A stretch of DNA of 64,000 nt from an uncultured Alphaproteobacteria bacterium (GTDB lineage Bacteria > Pseudomonadota > Alphaproteobacteria > HIMB59 > GCA-002718135), in assembly GCA_902602885.1 (NCBI GenBank), contig CACKSM010000002.1, positions 9,410 to 73,409 of the forward strand, read 5' to 3'. Positions 38,816 through 48,070 of this stretch are shown here, in pieces (within the stretch, counting starts at the first letter, position 1; every line of letters begins with the position of its first letter). Position numbers and translations under genes: made by a program. Below the pieces are notes generated by a model that searched no databases, had not been told where the DNA came from, and saw only the letters and a program-made list of their open reading frames with translations.

Positions 38816-39405
38816 ATCGTAATTAAAAGCTTTTCATTTTTTGTTTGAATTCTTACTTTGCTTTTTAAGGTGTTTATTTTTTTTCTTATTCTTGAGAGAT
38901 GACTTTCAAGAGAATTAGTTTCAATATTTGATTTAATTTTTAAAATATTTTCTTTTATAAAATTTTTACTTGTTTCTTTTTTCCTAATTAAATAAGTTAA
39001 AATTTCTAGCTCTATTTTAGTTAGGTAACAAAAATTATCATTATTAAGATTTATAAGCTTATCGTTATAAAGAGATAAATCATGAAACTGAACTTTAATG
39101 TTTTGAACAAAATGCTCAATTCTATTTTTTAAGTGATTTATAGAAAGTGGGCTTTTTAATATATTTGATTTATTTTTAAAATTTAAGTTTTTCAAATTTG
39201 AAATTATTAAACAGTTGTCATTTAACTTGCCATAGTCTCTAAGATCAATATCATTTTTACTTATAATAATTATGTTTGCCTGAGATGCTTGTATATTATC
39301 TTTTATTTGGTCTAATTTCATAATAGTTAATTCATAATCTGAAAGAAAATAGGGTAAAAAATTTTTAATATTGTTGTTACAAAATATATTTAGTCTGTTT
39401 TTCAC
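38812..39405 (-). CDS. OmpR/PhoB-type winged-helix regulator with degenerate receiver-like N-terminal domain
   Basis: 197 aa. The C-terminus LTKIELEILTYLI....S...I.......N.LESHLSRIRKKI matches trans_reg_C. The N-terminal ~110 aa has a receiver-like beta/alpha periodicity but carries NNN where the acidic DD pair is expected. Confidence 0.6.
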   Translation of the reverse strand: MKNRLNIFCNNNIKNFLPYFLSDYELTIMKLDQIKDNIQASQANIIIISKNDIDLRDYGKLNDNCLIISNLKNLNFKNKSNILKSPLSINHLKNRIEHFVQNIKVQFHDLSLYNDKLINLNNDNFCYLTKIELEILTYLIRKKETSKNFIKENILKIKSNIETNSLESHLSRIRKKINTLKSKVRIQTKNEKLLITI

Positions 39406-40040
39406 GATCTTTTTCCAAACAAGATTGTTCCAAGCCTAATGTATGTGGGATTAAATTGTAGTGCTTTCTCATAGTCATCACTCATTCCAATGCTTAACTC
39501 ATCAATTTTATTTTCATTTGCAAGAAGTTTTAATTTATTAAAATGATAGCTTGGATCATCATCTATTGGCGGTATACACATTAAACCGATAATGGGTAAT
39601 TTCATTTCTTGTCTTAAAAAAAACAAAAAATCTTTCGTATCTTCTGGAAAAATACCGCTTTTTGTTTTTTCTTTTCCTGTATTTACCTGAAGAAAAATTT
39701 TCTTATTTACTAGTAATTCTCTATATTTTGAGAACTCTCTTGCTATTTTTTCCCTATCTAAAGTATGAAAAACATCAAAAAGTTGAATTGCTGGCTTTAC
39801 TTTATTTGATTGTAGTGGCCCAGTTAAGTGAAGTTCTATTTTTCTATTATCCAGCTTTAGTTTTTGAAATTTTTCTTGTGCTTCTTGAACTCTATTTTCC
39901 CCAAAAATATATACTCCAGCATTAATCGCCTCCAACACACTTTTAAGTGGATGATTTTTAGATATAGCAATAATTTTGGCAGAATTGCTTCTTTTTTTTA
40001 GAAAATCCTTTATTTCATTGTATTTTTTAATATTAAACAT
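39402..40040 (-). CDS. yggS: YggS family pyridoxal-phosphate homeostasis protein
   Basis: 212 aa. IIAISKNHP (PLP Lys), FGENRVQE, HLTGPLQSNK, LSIGMSDDY and IRLGT.LFG. Confidence 0.9.
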   Translation of the reverse strand: MFNIKKYNEIKDFLKKRSNSAKIIAISKNHPLKSVLEAINAGVYIFGENRVQEAQEKFQKLKLDNRKIELHLTGPLQSNKVKPAIQLFDVFHTLDREKIAREFSKYRELLVNKKIFLQVNTGKEKTKSGIFPEDTKDFLFFLRQEMKLPIIGLMCIPPIDDDPSYHFNKLKLLANENKIDELSIGMSDDYEKALQFNPTYIRLGTILFGKRS

Positions 40041-40139
40041 AAATCATAATGTTGTAAAAAAACAACATTGTTTCAAAAAACATACTAAATCATTATGCTT
40101 TTTTTGTAATTTATTCAATTTTTAATTATGACGACAACA

Positions 40140-40178
40140 ATACAAGTATGTTTCTTGTATTTAATGAATATTCATTAA
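40140..40178 (+). promoter_or_regulatory. Two adjacent inverted repeats in the porin leader (7-bp stem hairpin plus an 18-bp perfect palindrome)
   Basis: atacaag-tatgttt-cttgtat (40140-40160) is followed immediately by ttaatgaat|attcattaa (40161-40178), a perfect palindrome that I verified base by base. It ends 6 nt before the AAAGGAG SD of the porin gene. Confidence 0.4.
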
Positions 40179-40194
40179 CTCAAAAGGAGTAATT

Positions 40195-41238
40195 ATGAAA
40201 AAAGAACTATTAATGGGAACTGCTCTAGTTTCTACGCTAGGCGCTGCTTCAGTTGCTGAAGCTGTAACAGCTACTATGAGTGGTAACCACCAAACTGGTG
40301 TTGAGTTTGATTCACCAACAGGTGGAACAGACACTAATGCCCAAATTAATGATAACAACTTTACTGTATCATTATCTGAAACTACTGACGGTGGAATGAC
40401 TATTTCATCAAGCTTTAAGCTTATGGATGAAAATGGTTCTGCAGGTGATGTAGATGCTGGTTTTACTTTAGCATTCACTGATGGCTCAAAGCTTGATGTT
40501 CTTAATGCTGGTAACGCATCAGGATCACACGCGGTATCTATTCCAGGTTCAGCTGGTGCTGAAGGTGTAGCAACTACATCTACTAACGCAGCTTCAACTG
40601 GTCTTGATGTTGGTGCTACTGCAACAGTATTAGGTGTTGAGTATCACACTGCATCTGATTTCTTAGCTGATGGACTAAAAATGTCATTCTCAGCTTCAAC
40701 AGATAGTGGTGCTGCTGCAACTGGTACATACAGAGTAGATAGTCACTATGCAATTGGTGCTACTTATGTAACTGACTTAGGTGACTCATCTGTAACTATC
40801 GGTGCTGGTGTTTCAGAATCTGAAGGTTCAAAAACTGGTACTGCAGTAACTAATGATAATGGTAATTTCCATGTTGGTATAAGCGCTGTAACTGGTGACT
40901 TAACTGTTGCTGTTGGTTTTGCTGATGCTAGTGCTGCTGGTATAGCTTTAGCTTCAGCTAATGAAGCGGATTATGAAGTAATGAAAGCTGGTGTTAAGTA
41001 TGTAAGTGGTGATCTTACATTTAATGTTGGTATTGCTTCTGGTGATGCAAAAGATGCTGCTGTTGGTTCAAGTGGTACAACTGATGACTCAATCGACAGT
41101 ACTTCAGCAAGTGTTTCATACGCTGTAGCTTCTGGTGTGACTGCAATTCTAGGTTACACTTCAGTAGAAGCAAGTGATGAAGGTGCTGCTACAGACGATG
41201 GATCTGCATGGTACATCGGTGCTAACATGGCATTTTAA
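40195..41238 (+). CDS. Outer-membrane porin-like beta-barrel protein (Gly/Ala/Ser/Thr-rich)
   Basis: 347 aa. Signal peptide MKKELLMGTALVSTLGAASVAEA, alternating amphipathic beta-strand-like segments, no Cys, C-terminal ...WYIGANMAF (terminal Phe OMP signature), strong SD, and a terminator downstream. Confidence 0.75.
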   Translation: MKKELLMGTALVSTLGAASVAEAVTATMSGNHQTGVEFDSPTGGTDTNAQINDNNFTVSLSETTDGGMTISSSFKLMDENGSAGDVDAGFTLAFTDGSKLDVLNAGNASGSHAVSIPGSAGAEGVATTSTNAASTGLDVGATATVLGVEYHTASDFLADGLKMSFSASTDSGAAATGTYRVDSHYAIGATYVTDLGDSSVTIGAGVSESEGSKTGTAVTNDNGNFHVGISAVTGDLTVAVGFADASAAGIALASANEADYEVMKAGVKYVSGDLTFNVGIASGDAKDAAVGSSGTTDDSIDSTSASVSYAVASGVTAILGYTSVEASDEGAATDDGSAWYIGANMAF

Positions 41239-41258
41239 TTTAAGATTTTATATCTTTG

Positions 41259-41290
41259 AAAACGGCACTTTAACGAGTGCCGTTTTTTTT
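41259..41290 (+). terminator. Rho-independent terminator after the porin gene
   Basis: Stem aaacggcact / agtgccgttt (10 bp) with loop ttaacg, followed by a T run (41283-41290). Confidence 0.8.
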
Positions 41291-41330
41291 ATGTTTTACA
41301 TTTAGGTCTCAATACAATAATTATAAATCA

Positions 41331-41936
41331 ATGATTTTGAATAAAGTAATTTTATTACTAATTTTGTCTTTTCTTATTTCTTGTAATAGTAATAAAAGTG
41401 AAGAAGAGATGGAAGAGTTGTGGTCAAAAGCCCAAACTAGAAATGAAATTATTGAAAGATCAGGTACAAAATTTAACTCCGCAATAGATATGGATTTAGC
41501 AATGAGAGATGCCGAAACCAGACTTCAAACAGGGGGTGGTTTGTTAGGGAAGGGTGGTATTTCATTTAGTGGTATTATAAACAATGATTCAGGAAACAAT
41601 AATTCTACAACGACAATTGCTATGTCAGTAAACCCTTTTCTTTGGAAAGGCGCCTTAGAAACAATTGATTTTATGCCTTTAAACTCTGCAGATCAAGTTG
41701 GTGGAACAATAATTACAGACTGGTATTCAACATCTGCTAATCCTAATGAGAGATGTAAGCTAAATATTTTTATTTCAGGAAAGCGACTAAACACCGAAAA
41801 TCTAAGGGTAACTTCTTTTTGTCAAGAATTTAAAGATCCTTCTTGGATAAACAAAAAGGTTAATCAAGAGGATAATATAAAAATAGAAAACGCTATATTA
41901 AATAAAGCAAAAAAATTAAAACTCCAATCAAGTTAA
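41331..41936 (+). CDS. Lipoprotein (DUF3576-like)
   Basis: ATG 41331 gives MILNKVILLLILSFLISCNS, a signal peptide plus lipobox L-I-S-C. The track start at 41277 lies inside the terminator hairpin. The position upstream of leuS fits the alphaproteobacterial DUF3576 lipoprotein. Confidence 0.6.
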   Translation: MILNKVILLLILSFLISCNSNKSEEEMEELWSKAQTRNEIIERSGTKFNSAIDMDLAMRDAETRLQTGGGLLGKGGISFSGIINNDSGNNNSTTTIAMSVNPFLWKGALETIDFMPLNSADQVGGTIITDWYSTSANPNERCKLNIFISGKRLNTENLRVTSFCQEFKDPSWINKKVNQEDNIKIENAILNKAKKLKLQSS

Positions 41937-41939
41937 GAA

Positions 41940-44450
41940 GTGTCATCACGATACAATCACAAATTAGTTGAAAAAAAATGGCAAGATATATGGTCAGACA
42001 AAAATATTTTTCAGACTTCTAAAAATGAAAATGGTGAAAAGTATTATGTTTTAGAAATGTTTCCATATCCTTCTGGAAAGATACATATGGGGCATGTAAG
42101 AAACTACACACTAGGCGATGTAGTTGCAAGATATAAGAAAATGAAAGGTTATAATGTTCTCCATCCAATGGGCTGGGATGCTTTTGGCCTTCCTGCTGAA
42201 AATGCTGCTTTAACTGAAAAAAAACATCCTGAAAGTTGGACATATCAAAATATTAAAACAATGAAAAAACAACTTCTAAAGATGGGTTTGTCTTTGGATT
42301 GGGATAGAGAAATTGCAACATGCCACCCAGATTATTACAAGCATGAACAAAAATTTTTTATAGATATGTTTAAATCTGGTCTTGCTTATAAAAAAGAAGC
42401 TGAGGTCAATTGGGACCCTGTAGATAAAACAGTTTTAGCAAACGAACAAGTAATTGATGGAAAAGGATGGAGGTCGGGTGCGCCTGTAGAAAAAAAGAAG
42501 TTATCTCAGTGGTTTTTAAAAATTAGTAAATATTCTAATGAGCTTTTAGATGATTTAAATAAATTAGAAAATTGGCCTAATAAAGTAAAAATAATGCAAT
42601 CTAATTGGATTGGTAAATCTGTAGGAGTTGAAATTGATTTTAACGTTTCGGAAAAAAATAAAAAAATAAAAGTTTTTACAACAAGACCAGATACGATTTA
42701 TGGTGCTACATTTTTAGCTCTTTCTAGTGAGCATGATTTAGTTGCTGAAATATCAAAAAAAAACTCGGATTTACAGAAGTTTATTAAAGATTGTAAAGAT
42801 ATAAACCCTGATAAAACTAAAAAAGGGTTTAATACTAATTTATTTGCTGAACACCCATTTATTCAAGGCAAAAAAATTCCAATCTTTGTTGCTAACTTTG
42901 TATTAAAAGAATACGGCCTTGGTGCAATTTTTGGATGTCCTGCACACGATCAAAGAGATCTGGATTTTGCAACTGAATACAAGATTGATGTTATTCCAGT
43001 CGTTAAACCAATTGATATTGAGGTAGATAAATTTAAAATCAACAGTAAGGCCTACACTGAAGATGGGGTAATAATCAATTCAGAATTTTTAAATGGATTA
43101 AACATCGATGATGCAAAAGAAAAAATAATTAATGAAGTAGAAAAAAAAGGAATAGGAAAAAAGAAAATAAATTTTAAATTAAGAGATTGGGGAATTTCTA
43201 GGCAGAGGTTTTGGGGTTGTCCAATACCTATTATTTATAGAGAAGACGGGGAAATACTTGCGGTTGAAGATGAAGATCTTCCGGTTAAACTTCCTGACAT
43301 TGAGAATTTTAGTGAGTCATCTAGTGCTTTAAGCGATATTTCTGGCTGGAAAGATACTGTCTGTCCAAAAACTGGGATGAAAGCTTACAGAGAAACTGAT
43401 ACTTTTGATACTTTTTTTGAATCCTCTTGGTATTATTTTCGATATTGCAATGCTAGGCTAAATAAACCATTTGATAAAAAAGATATAGAATATTGGTTAC
43501 CTGTTGACCAATACATAGGTGGTATAGAGCATGCTATTTTACACCTTTTATACTCAAGGTTCTTTACTAAAGCCTTAAGAGACCTTGGTTATTTTAATTT
43601 AGATGAGCCGTTTAAAGGATTATTTACGCAAGGTATGGTTACTCATATAACCTATAAAAATATAAACAATGAATGGGTTGAGCCTAAAGATGTAGAAAAA
43701 TATAGTGGTGAATTAAAAGATAAAAATGGTCTTGATGTTGTTAGTGGAAAAATTGAAAAAATGAGTAAATCAAAAAAAAATGTTGTTGATCCAAATGATA
43801 TTATTGATTCATATGGCGCTGATACTGCTAGATGGTTTATGTTATCAGATAGTCCACCAGAAAGAGACTTACAATGGACAGATACTGGGATAGCTTCTTC
43901 ATTTAAATTTATAAATAAATTATATGAAACTGCAGATAAGCTTAATAATTATAAATCAAATAATTCTGAAAATATTGAAGTGATAGATTCTTTAAAAAGC
44001 ATAATTAATGAGGTATCAGAAAATATAGAAAATTTTCAATTTAATAAATCTGTTGCAAAAATATATGAGTTTGTAAATATTCTTAATAACTCAGTTTTGA
44101 AAAATAATTTGTCTAAAAATAATTTTAAATGGTCTTTGGAAAAGCTTTCAATAATTTTACAGCCCTTTGTTCCACATATAAGTGAAGAGATTTGGTCAAA
44201 CCTTGGGAATAAAACTTTATGCATTAGTGAAGCTTGGCCAAAAGAAGAAGTAAAGAAAAAAACCAGTATAAAAATTGCAATTCAAATAAACGGTAAAACC
44301 AAAGAGGTTATTCAGATTGAAGAGAAAATTTCGAAAGAGGAAGTTTTAGATATAGTAAAAAACAATAATAAAATTAAAAAAAACTTAATAGGAAAAAGTG
44401 TTATTAGAGAAATTTATGTCCCTGGTAAAATTGTAAATTTAGTAGTCTAA
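41940..44450 (+). CDS. leuS: Leucyl-tRNA synthetase
   Basis: 836 aa, GTG start. [15 protein letters not shown] (HIGH), CP1 editing domain, KMSKSKKN (KMSKS). Confidence 0.96.
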   Translation: MSSRYNHKLVEKKWQDIWSDKNIFQTSKNENGEKYYVLEMFPYPSGKIHMGHVRNYTLGDVVARYKKMKGYNVLHPMGWDAFGLPAENAALTEKKHPESWTYQNIKTMKKQLLKMGLSLDWDREIATCHPDYYKHEQKFFIDMFKSGLAYKKEAEVNWDPVDKTVLANEQVIDGKGWRSGAPVEKKKLSQWFLKISKYSNELLDDLNKLENWPNKVKIMQSNWIGKSVGVEIDFNVSEKNKKIKVFTTRPDTIYGATFLALSSEHDLVAEISKKNSDLQKFIKDCKDINPDKTKKGFNTNLFAEHPFIQGKKIPIFVANFVLKEYGLGAIFGCPAHDQRDLDFATEYKIDVIPVVKPIDIEVDKFKINSKAYTEDGVIINSEFLNGLNIDDAKEKIINEVEKKGIGKKKINFKLRDWGISRQRFWGCPIPIIYREDGEILAVEDEDLPVKLPDIENFSESSSALSDISGWKDTVCPKTGMKAYRETDTFDTFFESSWYYFRYCNARLNKPFDKKDIEYWLPVDQYIGGIEHAILHLLYSRFFTKALRDLGYFNLDEPFKGLFTQGMVTHITYKNINNEWVEPKDVEKYSGELKDKNGLDVVSGKIEKMSKSKKNVVDPNDIIDSYGADTARWFMLSDSPPERDLQWTDTGIASSFKFINKLYETADKLNNYKSNNSENIEVIDSLKSIINEVSENIENFQFNKSVAKIYEFVNILNNSVLKNNLSKNNFKWSLEKLSIILQPFVPHISEEIWSNLGNKTLCISEAWPKEEVKKKTSIKIAIQINGKTKEVIQIEEKISKEEVLDIVKNNNKIKKNLIGKSVIREIYVPGKIVNLVV

Positions 44451-44944
44451 TGAATAAGCTATTTATTATTTTTTTATTTTGTTTTGTTGCCTCTTGTGGG
44501 AGTGTTGAATTTATTTATAAAAATGATAAAAATCTCATAAACCCACTTTATCAAAAAACGAAAGTTATTACATCTGGTACAGATTTAAATTTTATGAACT
44601 CATTTCTACCAATGTTTTTTGGTAAAAACAACGAGCACTCTTACATCCTTAAAATTAATATTAATGAGAAAAAGACCAAAAGGTCTGTGGAAACAAATCA
44701 AGCGACATCAAACCTTAGATATGAGTTAAGGTTTTATTATACCTTAACATCAATTAAAAAAAATTGTATAACTTATGAAAAAGAAATAGTTTCTTACTTT
44801 TCAATTATACCAAAATCTTCAGGTTACAATTATGGAACAGACACATCATTAGAAAAAAAGTATGAGTTAGCAATAGGTAATAACTTAAATCAATTTGTTT
44901 CTATTTTGTCTAATGTAAATATAGACACATGTTATGAAAATTGA
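44450..44944 (+). CDS. lptE: LPS-assembly lipoprotein LptE (RlpB)-like
   Basis: 164 aa. Signal peptide plus lipobox (FVASCGS), and the conserved leuS-lptE-holA position. Confidence 0.65.
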   Translation: MNKLFIIFLFCFVASCGSVEFIYKNDKNLINPLYQKTKVITSGTDLNFMNSFLPMFFGKNNEHSYILKININEKKTKRSVETNQATSNLRYELRFYYTLTSIKKNCITYEKEIVSYFSIIPKSSGYNYGTDTSLEKKYELAIGNNLNQFVSILSNVNIDTCYEN

Positions 44945-45872
44945 ATCTATTAGCATTTTATTAAATGAAAATTTTAGAATAGATAAAAAGATATACTTCA
45001 TAAGTGGTAATGAAAAAACACTGATGCAAAAAATAAAAGCTATAATTATTGGAAAATACCAGAAAAATACAAATGCTAAGATTACAAATATTGATACTAT
45101 TAAAGACTTTGTTGAAGAGGCCAGTCTATTTGATGATCATAAAATATATTTAGTAAATATGTGCAAAGGAATTGATGAAAAAAACCTTGAAAATATTAAA
45201 AGCTCACACGGTGTTTTTGTTTTTGTTGATGAAAATTCACAGAAAATTAAAAAAATTAAAAGCTTAATTAATAAAGATAAGGATAGCTGTCTAATAGATT
45301 GTTATGAGTTAGAAAGAGAATCAAAGATAAAAATTTTAAAAAAATTTTTAAGCAACAACAGTTTAAATGTTTCACAAGAAGTCTATTGGTTATTAATTGA
45401 TAAATTAGATAACAAGTATGGTTTTTTTGAAAATAGTTTGAATCAAATTATAGAGCTTGACGAAAAAGACTTAACACTCAACAATGTTAAAAAATTATTA
45501 ACAATTAGCGATTCTGGAAAAGAAAAAATTTTTTTTGATATGTTTAAAAGAAATAAAGAAATAGTTGATCTTTATAGAAACAAAATTATAACCAACACAG
45601 ATGTAAATGAGTTTTATTTTTACATCAAATTTTTCTGTCAATTAATAATAGAATCAAAAAGTGAAGATGAATATCAAAAAAAAATTCCCGTATATTTATT
45701 TAAAGAAAAACATAAGCTAATAGAAATTTTTAGAAAATATAATTTAAAAAAGAAAAAATTATTAATTAGATTGCTCTCTTCAACTGAAAAAGTTTTACGA
45801 AAAGATAGCAACTTATCTTTAGTTTTTGGCCTCCGATTTCTTTTAAATATTAAAAAAATTACTATTTCTTAA
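44934..45872 (+). CDS. holA: DNA polymerase III delta subunit
   Basis: 312 aa. The size and the leuS-lptE-holA synteny support the call. Sequence similarity is weak by eye. Confidence 0.6.
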   Translation: MKIESISILLNENFRIDKKIYFISGNEKTLMQKIKAIIIGKYQKNTNAKITNIDTIKDFVEEASLFDDHKIYLVNMCKGIDEKNLENIKSSHGVFVFVDENSQKIKKIKSLINKDKDSCLIDCYELERESKIKILKKFLSNNSLNVSQEVYWLLIDKLDNKYGFFENSLNQIIELDEKDLTLNNVKKLLTISDSGKEKIFFDMFKRNKEIVDLYRNKIITNTDVNEFYFYIKFFCQLIIESKSEDEYQKKIPVYLFKEKHKLIEIFRKYNLKKKKLLIRLLSSTEKVLRKDSNLSLVFGLRFLLNIKKITIS

Positions 45873-46701
45873 GTCTTTTCATTAAATCATCAAGTTGATT
45901 CAAGTCAGAATAGTACAAGGTTAATGAACCAGATGAGCCGTTATCATTAAATTGTATTGATGTACGTAAACCTATTTTATCTGATAGTTCCTTTTCTAAG
46001 TCTGTTATATTTGGGTCTTTTTCTGTTTTGTTTTTTTTGTTGTTCTTAAACTCTGATGTTATTTTTTCAGTTTGTCTTACACTGAGTTTTTTTTCAACAA
46101 TTTCATTTGCTTTATTAATTGCATCTGGAACACCTATAAGCGCTCGTGCATGTCCCATGGATAGGTCTCCGCTTATCACCATTTCTTGAATTTTTTTATC
46201 TAACTCTAAAAGGCGTAAAATATTTGAAACATGACTTGGGCTTTTTCCAATTAATTTTGCAAGACTGTCGTTGTTGATATTTTTAATATTAATCAGCCCT
46301 TTGTAAGCATTTGCCTCTTCAATAACGTTTAGGTCTTCTCTTTGAATATTTTCAATTAAAGCCGCTTCTAAAACACTGGTTTCATCAAGATCTTTGATAA
46401 CACAGTCTACCTCGTGCATTCCATTTAGTTGGCATGCTCTCCACCTTCTTTCTCCTGCAATAATTTGAAATTGATTATCATCAGTTGGTTTGACAATAAT
46501 AGGTTGAATTAATCCTTGATTTTTAATTGAAGATGAAAGTTGTTTAAGCTCCTCGTTTTTGAAGTTTTTTCTTGGCTGTAAGGGGTTGGGTACGATTTGA
46601 GAAATATTAATTTTTTGCACGTTATTATTAGTTTCGTTTTTGTTGTTAGTAGTTGACAGAAGAGCTCCCAGGCCCATGCCTAGTTTGTTTTCTTTATTCA
46701 T
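45862..46701 (-). CDS. parB: Chromosome partitioning protein ParB
   Basis: 279 aa. NPLQPRK, LIQPIIV, IIAGERRWRA, and an HTH segment (LAKLIGKSPSHVSNILRLL). Confidence 0.95.
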   Translation of the reverse strand: MNKENKLGMGLGALLSTTNNKNETNNNVQKINISQIVPNPLQPRKNFKNEELKQLSSSIKNQGLIQPIIVKPTDDNQFQIIAGERRWRACQLNGMHEVDCVIKDLDETSVLEAALIENIQREDLNVIEEANAYKGLINIKNINNDSLAKLIGKSPSHVSNILRLLELDKKIQEMVISGDLSMGHARALIGVPDAINKANEIVEKKLSVRQTEKITSEFKNNKKNKTEKDPNITDLEKELSDKIGLRTSIQFNDNGSSGSLTLYYSDLNQLDDLMKRLKK

Positions 46702-47467
46702 GGTTTTTATTTTGGTTTAAAATTACTTCTTTTGCAAGCTCAATATAAGCTATGGAGCCTGCAGCTTGTGTATCGTATACCAGCGCTGGTTTACCGTGAC
46801 TTGGAGCTTCAGAAATTTTAACATTTCTTGGAATAGTTGTTTTATAAACTTGATCGCCAAAATGTTGTCTTACATCTTTCTCAACTAAAGAGCTTAATGA
46901 GTTTCTTTTGTCCAGCATTGTTAATAATATTCCTTCGATTTTAAGATCGCTGTTGAAGTTTTGTTTGATTAATTTGATAGTTTGCATTAGCGCTGAAAGA
47001 CCCTCTAGAGCAAAAAACTCTGACTGAAGAGGAATTAGTGTTGTATTTGATGCTACTAATGAGTTGATGGTTAACAAGCCAAGCGCTGGTGGACAGTCTA
47101 CAAAAATAAAATCGAAATTATCAATATCAGCAAAGATTGATTTAAATACAAACTCTCTGTTTTCAAAATTTGTCAACTCTACCTCAGCGGCAGCTAAGTC
47201 TGTATTTGCTCCAATTATTTTTAGACCAGGAATTAATGTTTCTTTTATTCCTTCTTTAAGAAGTCTCTTTTCATGAATCATTTCATAAATAGACGGCTTT
47301 CTATCATTGTAGGCAAGCCCAAGCCCTGTACTAGCATTGCCTTGTGGGTCAGCATCAACAATTAAAACATTTTTTTTCACTGCCGCTAATGAAGTGGCTA
47401 AGTTTATTGTAGTTGTGGTTTTGCCAACACCGCCCTTTTGATTAGAAATAGAAATAATTTTTTTCAC
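46694..47467 (-). CDS. parA: Chromosome partitioning ATPase ParA/Soj
   Basis: 257 aa. NQKGGVGKTTT deviant Walker A, and VDADPQGN. Confidence 0.95.
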   Translation of the reverse strand: MKKIISISNQKGGVGKTTTTINLATSLAAVKKNVLIVDADPQGNASTGLGLAYNDRKPSIYEMIHEKRLLKEGIKETLIPGLKIIGANTDLAAAEVELTNFENREFVFKSIFADIDNFDFIFVDCPPALGLLTINSLVASNTTLIPLQSEFFALEGLSALMQTIKLIKQNFNSDLKIEGILLTMLDKRNSLSSLVEKDVRQHFGDQVYKTTIPRNVKISEAPSHGKPALVYDTQAAGSIAYIELAKEVILNQNKNHE

Positions 47468-48069
47468 AGTTTTTTATATTTGTTTATTTTTAACACATAC
47501 CCATCGCCCTCACTTTGACTTGGATAAAGATCGTATTCAAAGCTATAGGATTTTTTTGCATCTTGTATTTCTTTCTTAACACTTCTTCCTTTTAGAAAAA
47601 GTAGTGATGTATTTTTTATTGTAAAAAACCGTGAATAATCTAATAATTTTACTAATGGAGCAAATGCTCGGCAGATAATAAAGTCAAATTTTTGATTTTT
47701 GATTTTTTCAACTCTTGTACAAATAGTTTTTATTTCTAATTTCTGCTCGTGTGCAAATTCTTTAATAAAGTTTATTTTTTTCATCTTTGAGTCAATCAAT
47801 AATATATTTAAATACCCAAAAATATGTAAGATCACCCCTGGTAGCCCCGCACCAGTACCAAGGTCTATTATTGATGCACTTTTTTTCTCAATAAACCCAG
47901 ACAATTGTAATGAATCATTAATATGTCTGTCCCAGGCAACATCAATGGTAGATGGCCCTACCAAATTATGTATTTGGTTGCTTTTTGTTAACTTTACTAT
48001 GTAGCTATCAATTAAATCAACTTGCTTTCTGCTAAGATTATATTTTTTTATTACAGCGCTTTTATCCAA
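47464..48069 (-). CDS. rsmG: 16S rRNA (guanine527-N7)-methyltransferase RsmG (GidB)
   Basis: 201 aa. IIDLGTGAGLPG, R.E and RAFA. Confidence 0.9.
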   Translation of the reverse strand: MDKSAVIKKYNLSRKQVDLIDSYIVKLTKSNQIHNLVGPSTIDVAWDRHINDSLQLSGFIEKKSASIIDLGTGAGLPGVILHIFGYLNILLIDSKMKKINFIKEFAHEQKLEIKTICTRVEKIKNQKFDFIICRAFAPLVKLLDYSRFFTIKNTSLLFLKGRSVKKEIQDAKKSYSFEYDLYPSQSEGDGYVLKINKYKKL

Positions 48070-48070
48070 A

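Noticed and set aside
40048-40069. Hairpin aatgttg-N8-caacatt between yggS and the porin gene, considered as a terminator
   Set aside because: It lies upstream of both divergently transcribed genes (a promoter region, not a 3' end), is only 7 bp and has no appropriate T-tract.
40161-40478. 105-aa ORF antisense to the 5' end of the porin gene
   Set aside because: It is the shadow frame of a GC-richer, Gly/Ala/Thr-rich gene. The sense strand carries the SD, signal peptide, OMP C-terminus and terminator.
41277-41330. Longer N-terminus (MPFFLCFTFRSQYNNYKS) for the lipoprotein upstream of leuS
   Set aside because: This start codon lies inside the porin terminator hairpin/T-tract. ATG 41331 yields a textbook signal peptide plus lipobox.
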